Assembly (NCBI GenBank): GCA_049515895.1
Contig: JBEKTQ010000010.1
Coordinates: 1 to 64,000, forward strand
Direction of reading: 5' to 3'
Length of the DNA stretch: 64,000 nt
Source of the DNA: Candidatus Bathyarchaeia archaeon
Lineage (GTDB): Archaea > Thermoproteota > Bathyarchaeia > Bathyarchaeales > Bathycorpusculaceae
Positions 38,097 through 48,617 of the stretch are shown here, piece after piece. Below the pieces are notes generated by a model that saw only the letters and a list, made by a program, of their open reading frames with translations, did no database searches and was not told the origin of the DNA. A program made the translations under genes and the position numbers. How positions within the stretch are numbered: position 1 is the first letter of the stretch; each line of letters opens with the position of its first letter.

Positions 38097-39257
38097 TCAG
38101 AAGGCGCTGCTTATCCTGTTGCATGCTTCAACTATTCGCTCTTTAGGCTGCGTAAAGGTTATCCTCACGTAGCCTTCACCATGGCTCCCGAAGCCAATTC
38201 CCGGCGCCACAGCCACACCGACATCTAGCAGCTTAGTTGCGAACTTCATAGAGTCGCCTCGGCATTTTAGCCAGACGTAGAATGTTGCTTTGGGTTTGTC
38301 GCATTTGTAGCCGATTTTGCAAAGGGTTTTAACTAGGAGGTCGCGACGTTCTTGCAGGATTTGGTTGTTTTTCTTTAGGAAGTCTGGGGTTTCCTTGCTC
38401 TTGTAAGTTGCTAAGGCTTTGACTGCGACTTTCTGAGTGTAAACTGGCGGTCCCGAATCTATCTGCGACTTGACTTTGGCTAAACTCCCCACGAGTTGCT
38501 CGTTTCCCGCTGCAAAGCCGATGCGATCGCCTGTCATGTTGAAGGTTTTCGAGAGGGAGTGGAACTCTATCGCGACGTCTATGGCGCCGTCAACTTCTAA
38601 AATGCTCGGTGCACGATAATCGCCGTAGGTTATTTCCGAGTATGCGTTGTCATAACAGAGGACTATGTTGTTGTCTTTGGCGAAGTCCACTGCTTTCTTT
38701 AGGAATTTCTTGTCTACTGTTGCTGCCGTTGGGTTGTTAGGGTAATTAAGGAACATCATTTTAGCGCCTCTCGGGTTGATGGATTCGAAGTCAGGTTGGA
38801 AATCGTTCTCTTCCCAAAGAGGTATGGGCACCACTGTGCCGTCGCAGAGGATGGTGCTTCCGTTAGCGTATACAGGGTAAGCTGGGTCAGGCACCAAAAC
38901 ACGTTCGCCTGGGTTGATGAAGGCTCGGGCAATGTTTGCTATTCCTTCTTTTGAGCCTAAAAGAGCCACCACCTGCTCTTGAGCCAAATCAACGCCGAAG
39001 CGTTTCTTGTACCAGCCTGCAACTGCTTCACGGAAGTCTGGCTCGCCTTGACTGAAAGAGTAGTTGTGGTTCTTAGGATCAGCGGCCTCTTGCTTAAGAG
39101 CTTCAATAATAAATTGTGGCGGCGGCAGGTCAGGATCACCGACGCTAAGAGAAACTAAATCCACGCCCCGCGCCTTCTTTTCCTTAATGATTTTTTCGAT
39201 TTCAGCAAACAAGTACGGCGGTAACCGTCTAATTCTCTCAGCATTCTCAAACGTCAC
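38097..39257 (-). CDS. dapL: LL-diaminopimelate aminotransferase
   Basis: LPPYLFA, GSKEG, NYPNNPT, DNAYSE, SLSKTFNMTG; lysine operon context. Confidence 0.85.
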   Translation of the reverse strand: MTFENAERIRRLPPYLFAEIEKIIKEKKARGVDLVSLSVGDPDLPPPQFIIEALKQEAADPKNHNYSFSQGEPDFREAVAGWYKKRFGVDLAQEQVVALLGSKEGIANIARAFINPGERVLVPDPAYPVYANGSTILCDGTVVPIPLWEENDFQPDFESINPRGAKMMFLNYPNNPTAATVDKKFLKKAVDFAKDNNIVLCYDNAYSEITYGDYRAPSILEVDGAIDVAIEFHSLSKTFNMTGDRIGFAAGNEQLVGSLAKVKSQIDSGPPVYTQKVAVKALATYKSKETPDFLKKNNQILQERRDLLVKTLCKIGYKCDKPKATFYVWLKCRGDSMKFATKLLDVGVAVAPGIGFGSHGEGYVRITFTQPKERIVEACNRISSAF

Positions 39258-40099
39258 GCTTTCGCCTCATCAAACAATGTTCCTTCGAAGATTTTTTCGG
39301 CAGCACCGCTCAAGTACAGCCGCCCTGCAGCCACTTCAACCTGCAGGCAGCCACCTAACAGTTGAACCGTAACTCTATCCTCGACTTTACCAAGCCTTTT
39401 TGCGGCAGCTACGGAAGCGCAAGTTCCCGTTCCGCAAGCTAATGTCTCCCCGCAGCCGCGTTCCCAGACGCGTATCTTTAGTTGATTGCGGCTCAGAACT
39501 TGAACGAAATCAACATTGGTTCTTTTGGGAAAAGCTTTGTGGTTCTCAATTTTGGAACCGATTCTTTCGACCGGGAAATCGGCTACTTCATCAACGAATA
39601 TAACACAGTGAGGGTTACCCATTGAGAGGCATGTAACATTGAAGATTTCACCGCCGACTTCTAATTTTTCGTTAACGGAGATGCCTTGCCCGACCATTGG
39701 AAGAGAACCTTTTTCCCAATTAGGCTCGCCCATATCAGCCTTGACAGCCTTAACTTTATTGCCCTCGACCGTTAGCCAGACATGCTTGATTCCAGAGAGG
39801 GTTTCAACTGGGAACTCTTTCTTCTTGACGACCCCGTTTTCGTAGCAGTACTTTGCGAAACATCTTATTCCGTTGCCACACATCTCTGCTTCGGTTCCGT
39901 CCGCGTTGAAAATCCTCATCTTAACATCAGCCATCTTAGAGGCCGAAACCAGTAGGAGCCCGTCTGCTCCAACCGAGAAGTGGCGCTCACAAAGACGCTT
40001 GGCTAATCGCCCAGCTTTACTGCTGCTGATTTTGCCGTCTCTGTTGTCGATTACAATGTAATCATTGCCTAAGCCATGCATTTTCCAAAAGCGACTCAA
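39254..40099 (-). CDS. dapF: Diaminopimelate epimerase
   Basis: KMHGLGND, EMCGNG, GNPH, ETLACGTG. Confidence 0.96.
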   Translation of the reverse strand: MSRFWKMHGLGNDYIVIDNRDGKISSSKAGRLAKRLCERHFSVGADGLLLVSASKMADVKMRIFNADGTEAEMCGNGIRCFAKYCYENGVVKKKEFPVETLSGIKHVWLTVEGNKVKAVKADMGEPNWEKGSLPMVGQGISVNEKLEVGGEIFNVTCLSMGNPHCVIFVDEVADFPVERIGSKIENHKAFPKRTNVDFVQVLSRNQLKIRVWERGCGETLACGTGTCASVAAAKRLGKVEDRVTVQLLGGCLQVEVAAGRLYLSGAAEKIFEGTLFDEAKA

Positions 40100-41388
40100 G
40101 ATGACTCTTCCATGCGCTGGTTAGCGGTTAAGTTGTCAAGCTGCTCCCGTTCCCTTATAACCACGGGCTTGCCTTGCCTAATCATAACTTCGGCGGCTCG
40201 GGGTCTAGCGTTGTACTGTGAGCTCATGCTGAACCCATAGGCCCCAGCGTTTAATACGACCAGAAGGTCGCCTTCTGCGATAACTGGCAACTCTCTATCT
40301 TTGGCTAGGGCGTCGCCTGACTCGCATATTGGACCGACCACGTCATATGTTTCCTTACTAGCCGATCCTAGTTTATTCGAGACAAGTATTTGGTGATAGG
40401 AACCGTACATTGTCGGGCGGACAAGCGTGTTAAAACCTGCATCTACTCCCACAAACTTCTTTGAAGGCGTTACCTTCATCGTGTTGACGGTTGTTAGAAG
40501 TATGCTTGCGTCGCAAACGAGGTATCTGCCTGGTTCCACGCACAAGAATGGCTTGCCTAAACCGTACTCAGCAACCTTGCTCTTGAAGGGCGCCACCACT
40601 TTGCTGGAGAAGGCCGTCCAATCGAACTCTTTTTCTTCTGGGTTGTACGGTACGCCGAAACCGCCGCCTATATCAATGAACTCAAAGCTCACGCCTACTT
40701 CATCATGAACACGCTTAGCAATGCTTAACAGCTTATCGACCGCCTGCACGTAGGGTTCTACGTCAAGAATGCCTGAACCAATATGCATGTGAATGCCGAA
40801 GCGTTCCACCCTTGCCCTCTTCGCAATCGCGTAAGCCTGTATAGCCTCTTCTTCCAAAAGTCCGAATTTAGAGTCTGGACCCGCCGTTACGCAGTGGGGA
40901 TGATGTCCAGCGCCGACTTCCGGGTTGACTCGAATCGACAAAACCTGCGGAACACCAATTTTGAGCAACCTTTCAAGTTCGGAAAGAGAATCGATGTTTA
41001 CTGTTATGTTAGCGTCTGCAAGCATTTTCAACTCGTCATTTCGAACGCTGGTTCCTGTGAACATGATGCGATCTGGTGTGTACCCGCTGACCAATCCCAT
41101 GAAAACTTCGCCTGGGCTAACTGTGTCTAGGTATGCACCTTGTGACTTCAGAACTTTAAGAACGGTTAGGTTCGAGTTGGCTTTGGCAGCGTAGTAGACC
41201 CGTAGGTACTTGTAGTTGCAGGTTAAAGCGTCGAAAACCCGGTTGTAATTGTCCCTGATGCGTTTCTCGCTTACCACGTACAGTGGAGTATCGAATTTCT
41301 GTGCCAACTCTTTGACCGAAACGCCGTCAAAGAATAAATTGCCTTTCCGGTCTTCTAAGGGCTCACGAAACTTTTTTGCCTTAGCCAT
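40096..41388 (-). CDS. lysA: Diaminopimelate decarboxylase
   Basis: YAAKAN, HIGS, EPGR, GPICESGD, AGAYG. Confidence 0.95.
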   Translation of the reverse strand: MAKAKKFREPLEDRKGNLFFDGVSVKELAQKFDTPLYVVSEKRIRDNYNRVFDALTCNYKYLRVYYAAKANSNLTVLKVLKSQGAYLDTVSPGEVFMGLVSGYTPDRIMFTGTSVRNDELKMLADANITVNIDSLSELERLLKIGVPQVLSIRVNPEVGAGHHPHCVTAGPDSKFGLLEEEAIQAYAIAKRARVERFGIHMHIGSGILDVEPYVQAVDKLLSIAKRVHDEVGVSFEFIDIGGGFGVPYNPEEKEFDWTAFSSKVVAPFKSKVAEYGLGKPFLCVEPGRYLVCDASILLTTVNTMKVTPSKKFVGVDAGFNTLVRPTMYGSYHQILVSNKLGSASKETYDVVGPICESGDALAKDRELPVIAEGDLLVVLNAGAYGFSMSSQYNARPRAAEVMIRQGKPVVIREREQLDNLTANQRMEESS

Positions 41389-41427
41389 CCTTCACACCCA
41401 ACACTTAACCTTTGTTAATCTCTAAGG

Positions 41428-42486
41428 TTACGCTAAGCCTTTAGCCACATAGAGTTCAGCGCTCAAAATTCCTGCGCCTGCTCCGCCCCGAACCGTGTTG
41501 TGTCCTAGGCACATGTACTTGAAGGTCATTATCGGATCCTTACGTATCCTGCCGACAACTACGCTCATCCCGCAGCCCGTGTCACGGTCAAACCGCGGCT
41601 GAGGCCTGTTTTTTTCGTGCCTTACAACGATTGGATGTTTAGGGGCAGAAGGCAACTTCAACTTTTGAGGTTCGCCTTTGAAGTTGGCGAATGCAATTTC
41701 TACCTCTTCCACTGAGGTGTCGCGTTCGGTTTTAATGAAGATTGACTCTAAATGTCCATCTTTCACGTTGACTCGGTTGCAGCTTGCGCTAAGCTTGAAA
41801 TCAGCATTCTGAACTACCTTGCCATTGAATGCGCCGAGAATCTTGAGCGCTTCCGCTTCCATTTTTTCTTCTTCACCTGAAATGAAAGGAACCACGTTGT
41901 CAATTATGTCTAATGAAGCCACACCTGGATATCCGGCGCCGCTGAGGGCTTGCATAGTCGAAACGATAATCTGGGTTACGCCGAACGGCATCAGCGGCTT
42001 TAGGGTGATTGCAAGCTGAATGGTACTGCAGTTGGGATCCGTCGATATGAAGCCTTTCCAGCCCCGCAACTTCTGCTGAACCTTAACCAAATCAATGTGG
42101 TCAGGGTTGATTTCTGGAATAAGCAGCGGAACATCTTGCTCCATTCTATGCGCGCTTGCCTTGCTGAACACTGGGTAAAGTGCCGCAAACTCCGATTCGA
42201 CTGGACCCGCCAAGTCGCCTGGCAATGAAGAAAACACCAAGTCAACATTGCCTGCTTTCTCAACGGATTCAACGTCGGCATTTGCCACCGGCATTTCTGC
42301 AACTTCCTTTGGCAGGTTTGATTCCATAACCCAGTTGCAGGCCGCACCGTATTTTTTGCCTGCTGACCGCTCTGAAGCAGCAAGTACTTCAATTTGGAAC
42401 CACGGGTGTCCCTGAAGTAGTTGAATGAATCTTTGTCCTACGGCTCCCGTTGCACCTAAGACTGCTACTTTACGCTTATACGACAT
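41428..42486 (-). CDS. asd: Aspartate-semialdehyde dehydrogenase
   Basis: GATGAVG, PNCS, QALSGAG, HNTVRG. Confidence 0.96.
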   Translation of the reverse strand: MSYKRKVAVLGATGAVGQRFIQLLQGHPWFQIEVLAASERSAGKKYGAACNWVMESNLPKEVAEMPVANADVESVEKAGNVDLVFSSLPGDLAGPVESEFAALYPVFSKASAHRMEQDVPLLIPEINPDHIDLVKVQQKLRGWKGFISTDPNCSTIQLAITLKPLMPFGVTQIIVSTMQALSGAGYPGVASLDIIDNVVPFISGEEEKMEAEALKILGAFNGKVVQNADFKLSASCNRVNVKDGHLESIFIKTERDTSVEEVEIAFANFKGEPQKLKLPSAPKHPIVVRHEKNRPQPRFDRDTGCGMSVVVGRIRKDPIMTFKYMCLGHNTVRGGAGAGILSAELYVAKGLA

Positions 42487-43645
42487 TTTCTATTGCTTCC
42501 TTTGCTCTTTTGATTTCGTTTTCTTCGATAAAAACATTGATGGTTGCCTTGCTAGTTGTAACCTCTATAATGTTGATTAACGCCTGACTTAGGGCATAAG
42601 CGATTTTTGCTATACCTCCTGGAGAGTCGATGAAGTCGGGGTCGCTGATTTGGATCATGGCAACATTTTCCCTGTGGCTCACAGCCTTAAAGTCTCTTAT
42701 CCCATGCAGTTGATTTAGAATTTGAGCCACGTCGCCATCCGTGGTAAAGATCGTAATCGATTTTCTTCCAGAGCTGACACCGTAAACTGGTTTTTCCTTA
42801 AGCTCTGAAAAGACTTCTCTGATGTTTTGCGCGTTAACTTCGCAGACAATGCTTACGGCAATTAGCCCTTGCTGTATCAAGGTTTCAGCGGAATCAAGAT
42901 TGAATGATCCAGTGATTTCCGTACCGCCTTCTGCAAGATTCCCTGAGTTGAAGTCCACTACTCTAAGGGTCTGATTTGCCAATTTATATTTGAGGGCTGC
43001 AGCTTTGACGATTTTTGCTCCGCCTTGGGCTAAATCGAACATTTCGTGTATTTCCAGCTTTTTAAGTGGCCTTGCGTCTGGAACTATTTTTGGGTCCGCG
43101 GATAGAACCCCACTTGTTTCTTTCACGAGAATGATTTGGTCTGCCAGTATGCATCTGGCAAGTAATATTGCCGACGTGTCGCTTCCGCCTCTTCCCAAAG
43201 TCGTGACTCTGCCCTGAGGATCTTTTCCAAGAAAACCGCACACCACAGGAATGACCTTGCCAAGGAGGGGCATAAGGAACTGTGCTGTCAAAGACGCGGT
43301 TTTTTCCAAGTCAGGTGTGGCGTTAAGAAAGTTTTGGTCAGTGATGATTGGCCAGTTATTAAATGCTGGGTCGAACACTTCAGCTTCTAGTCCTTGAGCT
43401 CTCAAAGCTGCGCAGAAAATTCTGGCACTTGTTCGTTCGCCCGTGGATATTATTTCTGCCCATTCAACATCGCTTACGCCTATCTGAGTGACTGTTTGGG
43501 TAAGGCTGTCTGTGGTTTTGCCCATAGCAGAAACCACAACGACGACTTCGTCAAAACGTGCTTCTGCGAGGAGCTTGGCTGCCCGCTGGATTTTTTCACC
43601 AGAAGATAAGTCACCCCCGCCGAATTTGACAACGACCCTAACCAA
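42476..43645 (-). CDS. lysC: Aspartate kinase
   Basis: KFGG, VSAMG, LGRGGSD, ADP and an ACT domain. Confidence 0.92.
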   Translation of the reverse strand: MVRVVVKFGGGDLSSGEKIQRAAKLLAEARFDEVVVVVSAMGKTTDSLTQTVTQIGVSDVEWAEIISTGERTSARIFCAALRAQGLEAEVFDPAFNNWPIITDQNFLNATPDLEKTASLTAQFLMPLLGKVIPVVCGFLGKDPQGRVTTLGRGGSDTSAILLARCILADQIILVKETSGVLSADPKIVPDARPLKKLEIHEMFDLAQGGAKIVKAAALKYKLANQTLRVVDFNSGNLAEGGTEITGSFNLDSAETLIQQGLIAVSIVCEVNAQNIREVFSELKEKPVYGVSSGRKSITIFTTDGDVAQILNQLHGIRDFKAVSHRENVAMIQISDPDFIDSPGGIAKIAYALSQALINIIEVTTSKATINVFIEENEIKRAKEAIENVV

Positions 43646-43657
43646 ACGGCATCGCCT

Positions 43658-44452
43658 TTACGATAAGCCTAACACATCAGCCATGTTGTAAACCCTTGGC
43701 TCGCTCTGCCTGCTCAACCATTCTGCCGCGTAAATAGCACCCTGCGCAAACACGTTTCGCGAAAACGCCGTATGCTCTATTCGCAGCATCTCATAAGGTC
43801 CTGCTACAATTAAGTCGTGAATTCCGGGGACTCCGCCTGCGCGCAACGCCGTGATTTCAAGTTCGCCAGGTTGGCGTGGGCTTATGCCTTCTCGTCCAGA
43901 AACAATTTTGGTATAGCCGCGGGTGTTGGCGACGATTTCCCCAAGCTTTTTGGCTGTTCCGCTTGGAGCATCCTTCTTGCCTGTATGGTGTATTTCGTTT
44001 ATGCTGAAGTCATACCCTTCCGGAAAAGTCTTCAAAGACTCTGCCAGCTTGAATAAGATGTTAACCCCTACTGAGTAGTTTGGTGAGAAGACTGCGGGAA
44101 TTTTGCCTGACATTGCACCTACGATTTCCCGGTTCTGTTCTGGAGTGAAGCCTGTGGTGCCTAGGATTACGCGTTTTCGAAGATTAGTCACGATTGGAAT
44201 GTTTACCATTTCGGCGGCTGGCGAGGTGAAACTTACGTATGTGTCAGCGTTTTGAATCGCCTCTCTCAGCCGATCGGGACCCATAATCTGCGTGTCTGAA
44301 CTGTAGATACCGAGGTCTCTTAGGGTTTTGCCAAGGCATGGATTATTTGGCGCCTCGATGGCTCCGACTATCTGGTGGCCTTTGAATGCTGCTTCTGTTA
44401 TGATGGCGTTTCCCATTCTGCCCGCGGCGCCTGCTACGCACAGCCTAAGCAT
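43658..44452 (-). CDS. dapB: 4-hydroxy-tetrahydrodipicolinate reductase
   Basis: GAAGRMG, GTTG, EIHHTGKKDAPSGTA. Confidence 0.96.
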   Translation of the reverse strand: MLRLCVAGAAGRMGNAIITEAAFKGHQIVGAIEAPNNPCLGKTLRDLGIYSSDTQIMGPDRLREAIQNADTYVSFTSPAAEMVNIPIVTNLRKRVILGTTGFTPEQNREIVGAMSGKIPAVFSPNYSVGVNILFKLAESLKTFPEGYDFSINEIHHTGKKDAPSGTAKKLGEIVANTRGYTKIVSGREGISPRQPGELEITALRAGGVPGIHDLIVAGPYEMLRIEHTAFSRNVFAQGAIYAAEWLSRQSEPRVYNMADVLGLS

Positions 44453-45482
44453 AGAAGAGTCCTTCTAAGTAGCGTTCATTGTACAATCGGTCTTTCAAGT
44501 CTACGTCAAAGTAGTCTGCGATAGGCTGGAAAATTTCAGGGTTGTGCTCGTAAACTTTTCTGGCGTTCGTGAGGACCATTTCTAAACCGTTGCGGGTCAT
44601 TTTTCCCAGAGGCTGCCGGCATGGACCGGATGGCATTCCTAACACGTTCATTAGAGTCTTGTAAGCTAAGGGATTCCGGGCTTTGCAAGGGACGTTGCCG
44701 TAAGCTGATTGTTCCTGTGTCTTCACAGTGACAATGCTAAAGAGCGGCTGGAGTGCTTGAGCTATTACGCTGGCTGCTTCCTCGTTTCCGTCCAACAAAT
44801 AATGAACCATGTCAACAATAGAACTTGGAGCAACATTAGAGACGACTGAAATGACCCCGCTTGCTGAAATGTCTGGCGAAATCATCATGGTGTAGGTTTT
44901 GTCGTCGTCGCCTGAAAGGATGTCAAAGTCTTCGCCACAGAATTGTCTTGTCAGCTCGGCGTTTTTCAAGTCACAAGTAGCTTCCTTTACGCAACTGACG
45001 TTTGAGTACTGCTGGTGTAGAATGGCGAGGTCTTGTGGGTAGAGTTGGGTTCCCGTTCTGCCCGGGATAATGTATGGGATGATTTGGACTTCTGGAAACT
45101 GCTTTGCTATAGGCTCAATGTATTCCCTTCGTATCTCCAACGAACTTGGACCATTATAGTAGGGGTCAACGAGCAGAACACAATTCACGCCCGTGCGCTG
45201 GGCATGTTCTGTGCCTTCGATGGACTCCTGAGTTGAGTTGCTTCCTGTTCCCGCGATAGTCAAGACTCTCGGACTTGCGTACTCATGAATCTTTTCGATT
45301 ACCCGATTGTGTTCACTCCAATCTAAGGTGGGGCTTTCACCAGTTGTGCCGACGGCAAGTATGCCTTTTGCACCTTGATCTATTTGGAAATCTGCTAGTT
45401 GATGTAATCCTTCATAATCCACTTGGCGATTTGGGGTCATAGGAGTTATTAAGGCGGTATAACAACCACTAAATCTTGCCAT
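44445..45482 (-). CDS. dapA: 4-hydroxy-tetrahydrodipicolinate synthase
   Basis: GTTGESP, GSNST, PYYN, VKEA, SGDD. Confidence 0.94.
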   Translation of the reverse strand: MARFSGCYTALITPMTPNRQVDYEGLHQLADFQIDQGAKGILAVGTTGESPTLDWSEHNRVIEKIHEYASPRVLTIAGTGSNSTQESIEGTEHAQRTGVNCVLLVDPYYNGPSSLEIRREYIEPIAKQFPEVQIIPYIIPGRTGTQLYPQDLAILHQQYSNVSCVKEATCDLKNAELTRQFCGEDFDILSGDDDKTYTMMISPDISASGVISVVSNVAPSSIVDMVHYLLDGNEEAASVIAQALQPLFSIVTVKTQEQSAYGNVPCKARNPLAYKTLMNVLGMPSGPCRQPLGKMTRNGLEMVLTNARKVYEHNPEIFQPIADYFDVDLKDRLYNERYLEGLFYA

Positions 45483-45630
45483 TTCGAATTCCTCATTTTA
45501 GCTGAAACAATCACGTGTGTGTCATATTTAAGTGTTACGTTTTCATCATATTTTTTACTAAAATCGTAAAAACTATTTATCAAAAACCACGAACAAACAG
45601 AAATGCATCTCATCTCCCTTCCCAAATTCT

Positions 45631-46005
45631 TCAACAAACCAGTGACGCCACATGATATGCAGTAAAAACGCCCTCATAAGCGTTGTAAAGCTGCCGTAAA
45701 TAAACAACCGCTTCCTCGACAGTGACGGCGGAAGGTATTATCATCCTGTAATTATTACTTTGTACAACCTCTTCAATACTTCCCATTTGCTTCTTCGTTA
45801 TTTTCATGCGCAGAACTCTGCGACCTGACAGGTAAACTGCAATTTCCCCGCGCAGTGGCTCCCCTTTTCGGACGTCAATTGTTTTTTTACCAGTTTTTAA
45901 CCATTCGAACGCTTCTTTCTTTGTACGGAAAACGGGCAAGCGAGCACCAAAATGAAGCATTAAGAAGACTGAAAAATAAGCTTTAAGTAGAAACTCGAAT
46001 AGCAA
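45631..46005 (-). CDS. ASCH/PUA domain protein
   Basis: FEWLKTGKKTIDVR; the true start is probably downstream of 46005. Confidence 0.7.
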   Translation of the reverse strand: MLFEFLLKAYFSVFLMLHFGARLPVFRTKKEAFEWLKTGKKTIDVRKGEPLRGEIAVYLSGRRVLRMKITKKQMGSIEEVVQSNNYRMIIPSAVTVEEAVVYLRQLYNAYEGVFTAYHVASLVC

Positions 46006-46044
46006 ATGGAGTGTGAAAAAATGGGTGGAACGAGAAGATTCGGT

Positions 46045-46242
46045 TTAACCTTTGCCCTTCTCTTCTTTACCGAAGTACTTGGTCCATTTCAGTTTGCGTG
46101 CGTCGCGTTTGAATAGTAATGAGCTTTTCTTGCACTTGCCAGAATCGAACCATAGAATTGACCCATCGTTTTTAACGTACATCATGCCTGTCCCAGCTGG
46201 AAAATCAGCCCCACAGAACGAACACTTACGGTTTTTCGGCAT
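46045..46242 (-). CDS. rpl24e: 50S ribosomal protein L24e
   Basis: CSFCG...GTGMMYVKNDG...KWT. Confidence 0.96.
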   Translation of the reverse strand: MPKNRKCSFCGADFPAGTGMMYVKNDGSILWFDSGKCKKSSLLFKRDARKLKWTKYFGKEEKGKG

Positions 46243-46263
46243 AGAAATTTTCTCCTAAACAAT

Positions 46264-46482
46264 TTACCTGGTGATTTTCTTTGCTTCTCTTTCTGTCTCT
46301 CTCAGCATCAGAATATCTTGAACTCGCACTGGCCCTTTAACGTTGCGCGTTATTATTCTGCCCTTGTCTTTGCCTTCCATGATGCGCACTCGAACCTGCG
46401 TAATTTCGCCAGTTACGCCTGTTCGACCTATAATTTGTATGACTTCAGACGGAATAAGTTCTTCAGCGGACTCTTTGCTCAT
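46264..46482 (-). CDS. rps28e: 30S ribosomal protein S28e
   Basis: [21 protein letters not shown]. Confidence 0.97.
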   Translation of the reverse strand: MSKESAEELIPSEVIQIIGRTGVTGEITQVRVRIMEGKDKGRIITRNVKGPVRVQDILMLRETEREAKKITR

Positions 46483-46862
46483 TACTGAGATCCTCGTTTA
46501 ACCTGGTCAATCCGAGTGATGATTTCTTTGATTAATCCGGTGGCTTCGCCTTCCCTGAGAATGCATGCTGCTGCGCATGGGACATCGATGCCTAACGCGT
46601 TGCCGAGCTTGATCTTTTCCGGGACGAAAACGTACGGAATCTTTCTTTCGTCGCAGAGAAGTGGCAGATGCGCTACGACTTCTGGCGGATCTACATCTTC
46701 CGCTATTACAACAAGTTTTGCTTGGGCTCGTTCAACAGCTTTTGTTGCCTCGTTTGTTCCCTTCCTAACTACTCCAGATTTAGAAGCAATCGATAGGGCT
46801 TCATAGGCTGCATCTACGATTTCTTTCGGTACTTCATATTTTACATAAAATGGTTTGGACAT
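46482..46862 (-). CDS. rpl7ae: 50S ribosomal protein L7Ae
   Basis: [21 protein letters not shown]. Confidence 0.97.
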   Translation of the reverse strand: MSKPFYVKYEVPKEIVDAAYEALSIASKSGVVRKGTNEATKAVERAQAKLVVIAEDVDPPEVVAHLPLLCDERKIPYVFVPEKIKLGNALGIDVPCAAACILREGEATGLIKEIITRIDQVKRGSQ

Positions 46863-47024
46863 ATTAGCCTCACCCTTTTAAGGCACAGTTTTATCCACAC
46901 TTCTTATTTAAGAAGCTTTCGACTCGAAAACTCAAGGAATTATCGTACCCCTTATAAACACTTTAGAAAGCTTTAAATAAACATCTACGGTCACCTACAT
47001 GTTTTCGAGAGGGGAATTGCGCGT

Positions 47025-47267
47025 TTGCAAAAATTGGGAAGAGTGCGGGCGTTAACTCCATCTAAAAACATTATTGTGAAGACAGAAAAAGCGCCAAAAA
47101 TCGGCGTGGAAGTTATTGATGAGAACCTCAAGGTTGTTGGCAAGGTTTTCGATATTATAGGTCCAGTGTCTTCTCCTTATGCAGTGGTTAAACCGACAGT
47201 TGGTGAACCGGTTAAACTATTGAATAAGCCAGTGTACTTGCTTCTCTCGAAAGCAATGAGGAGCTAA
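47025..47267 (+). CDS. gar1: H/ACA RNP protein Gar1
   Basis: VGKVFDIIGPVSSPY; located upstream of tfb. Confidence 0.88.
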   Translation: MQKLGRVRALTPSKNIIVKTEKAPKIGVEVIDENLKVVGKVFDIIGPVSSPYAVVKPTVGEPVKLLNKPVYLLLSKAMRS

Positions 47268-47272
47268 AATGA

Positions 47273-48238
47273 ATGATTGAAGATAGCAAGATACATGAAG
47301 AACCCGACCTATCTGCAAAAACAGAACCCCCCAAGATACAATCATGCCCTGAATGCGGCAGCACCCGACTTATGCGCGATTACGAATGCGCTGAAATAGT
47401 ATGCATGGACTGCGGCATCGTGGTGCAGCAGAAAATAGCTGACCGTGGACCTGAATGGAGGGCGTTCGACGATGAGCAGAGGTCGAAAAGAACCAGGGTT
47501 GGAGCCCCCTTAACCTACACAATCCATGATAAAGGTCTATCAACAACCATCGATTGGCACGATCGCGACATCTACGGCAAAAGCCTCTCGCCAGGGCAGA
47601 AAGCTCAGGTTTACCGTCTTAGAAAATGGCAAAGACGCATCAGAGTTTCAGATGCGACAGAACGAAACTTGGCGTTTGCACTCTCCGAAATAACAAAGAT
47701 TTCCAACAACTTGAATCTACCAAAAAACATTCTTGAAACAGCCTCAGTAATCTACCGAAAAGCAGTAAAAGAACGTCTGATCCGAGGCAGGTCAATTCAG
47801 GGTGTTACTTCAGCAGCACTTTACTTAGCATGCAGGCAATGCGCTTTACCGCGCACCTTAGATGAAATCGCTCAAGCGTCAAGTGTAAACAAGAAAGAAG
47901 TTGGGAGAAGCTACCGTTTTCTGATAAGAGAACTAAACTATTCGATCCCACCGCTGAGGCCAAGTCAGTATATAACAAAGTTTTCGAACCAATTAACTAT
48001 GCAGGGGAAAGTTGAAGAAATCGCCCACAAAATCCTCGCAGCAGCGAAAGAACTAAAGCTTACATCAGGCAGAGGACCAACAGGAATAGCAGCGGCAGCG
48101 AGTTACGTGGCGTCGGTCTTGACGGGTGAACGAAAAACTCAGAGAGAAATCGCTGAAATTGCGCAGGTAACTGAGGTCACCATTAGGAACAGGTATAAAG
48201 AACTCGTTGAACGGTTGATGTTCCAGATAAGCATTTGA
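47273..48238 (+). CDS. tfb: Transcription initiation factor B
   Basis: CPECG...CMDCG zinc ribbon, GPEWRAF and two cyclin repeats. Confidence 0.98.
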   Translation: MIEDSKIHEEPDLSAKTEPPKIQSCPECGSTRLMRDYECAEIVCMDCGIVVQQKIADRGPEWRAFDDEQRSKRTRVGAPLTYTIHDKGLSTTIDWHDRDIYGKSLSPGQKAQVYRLRKWQRRIRVSDATERNLAFALSEITKISNNLNLPKNILETASVIYRKAVKERLIRGRSIQGVTSAALYLACRQCALPRTLDEIAQASSVNKKEVGRSYRFLIRELNYSIPPLRPSQYITKFSNQLTMQGKVEEIAHKILAAAKELKLTSGRGPTGIAAAASYVASVLTGERKTQREIAEIAQVTEVTIRNRYKELVERLMFQISI

Positions 48239-48321
48239 CCGCTCTTTTCTATTTTAGATTTGCAGCGGTGAGGATTTAGACGGCGACTAATTCTAACGGA
48301 AAAACGGCACAAGCACCGAAA

Positions 48322-48558
48322 ATGGAAGAGCTGGTTTGTAAGCTTAGAGAAATACAGGTTGAACTTAGACACAGTATAGATGATCTGCATCAGAAACTCG
48401 AAGCATTTAATTCTGAGCCTCAATTGTTGACTAGCCTAGAGACTGCCAAGAATAACGCAGAAGCAAGAGCCAGCAGTCTTGAAGCCGAAGTCAAGCGTCT
48501 TCGTGAAGAGCTTAAATCCATCAGAGACTTCTTAGAACCCAACGGCGACAAAAAATAA
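48322..48558 (+). CDS. Small coiled-coil protein
   Basis: Heptad-rich 78-aa ORF. Confidence 0.6.
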   Translation: MEELVCKLREIQVELRHSIDDLHQKLEAFNSEPQLLTSLETAKNNAEARASSLEAEVKRLREELKSIRDFLEPNGDKK

Positions 48559-48617
48559 TCTCTCTAATTTCACTCAATTAACACAGTTATTTTTTTAAGC
48601 AGCCTGATAGCTTACCT

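Noticed and set aside
45483-45630. Lysine riboswitch upstream of dapA
   Set aside because: Short AT-rich spacer with no L-box structure.
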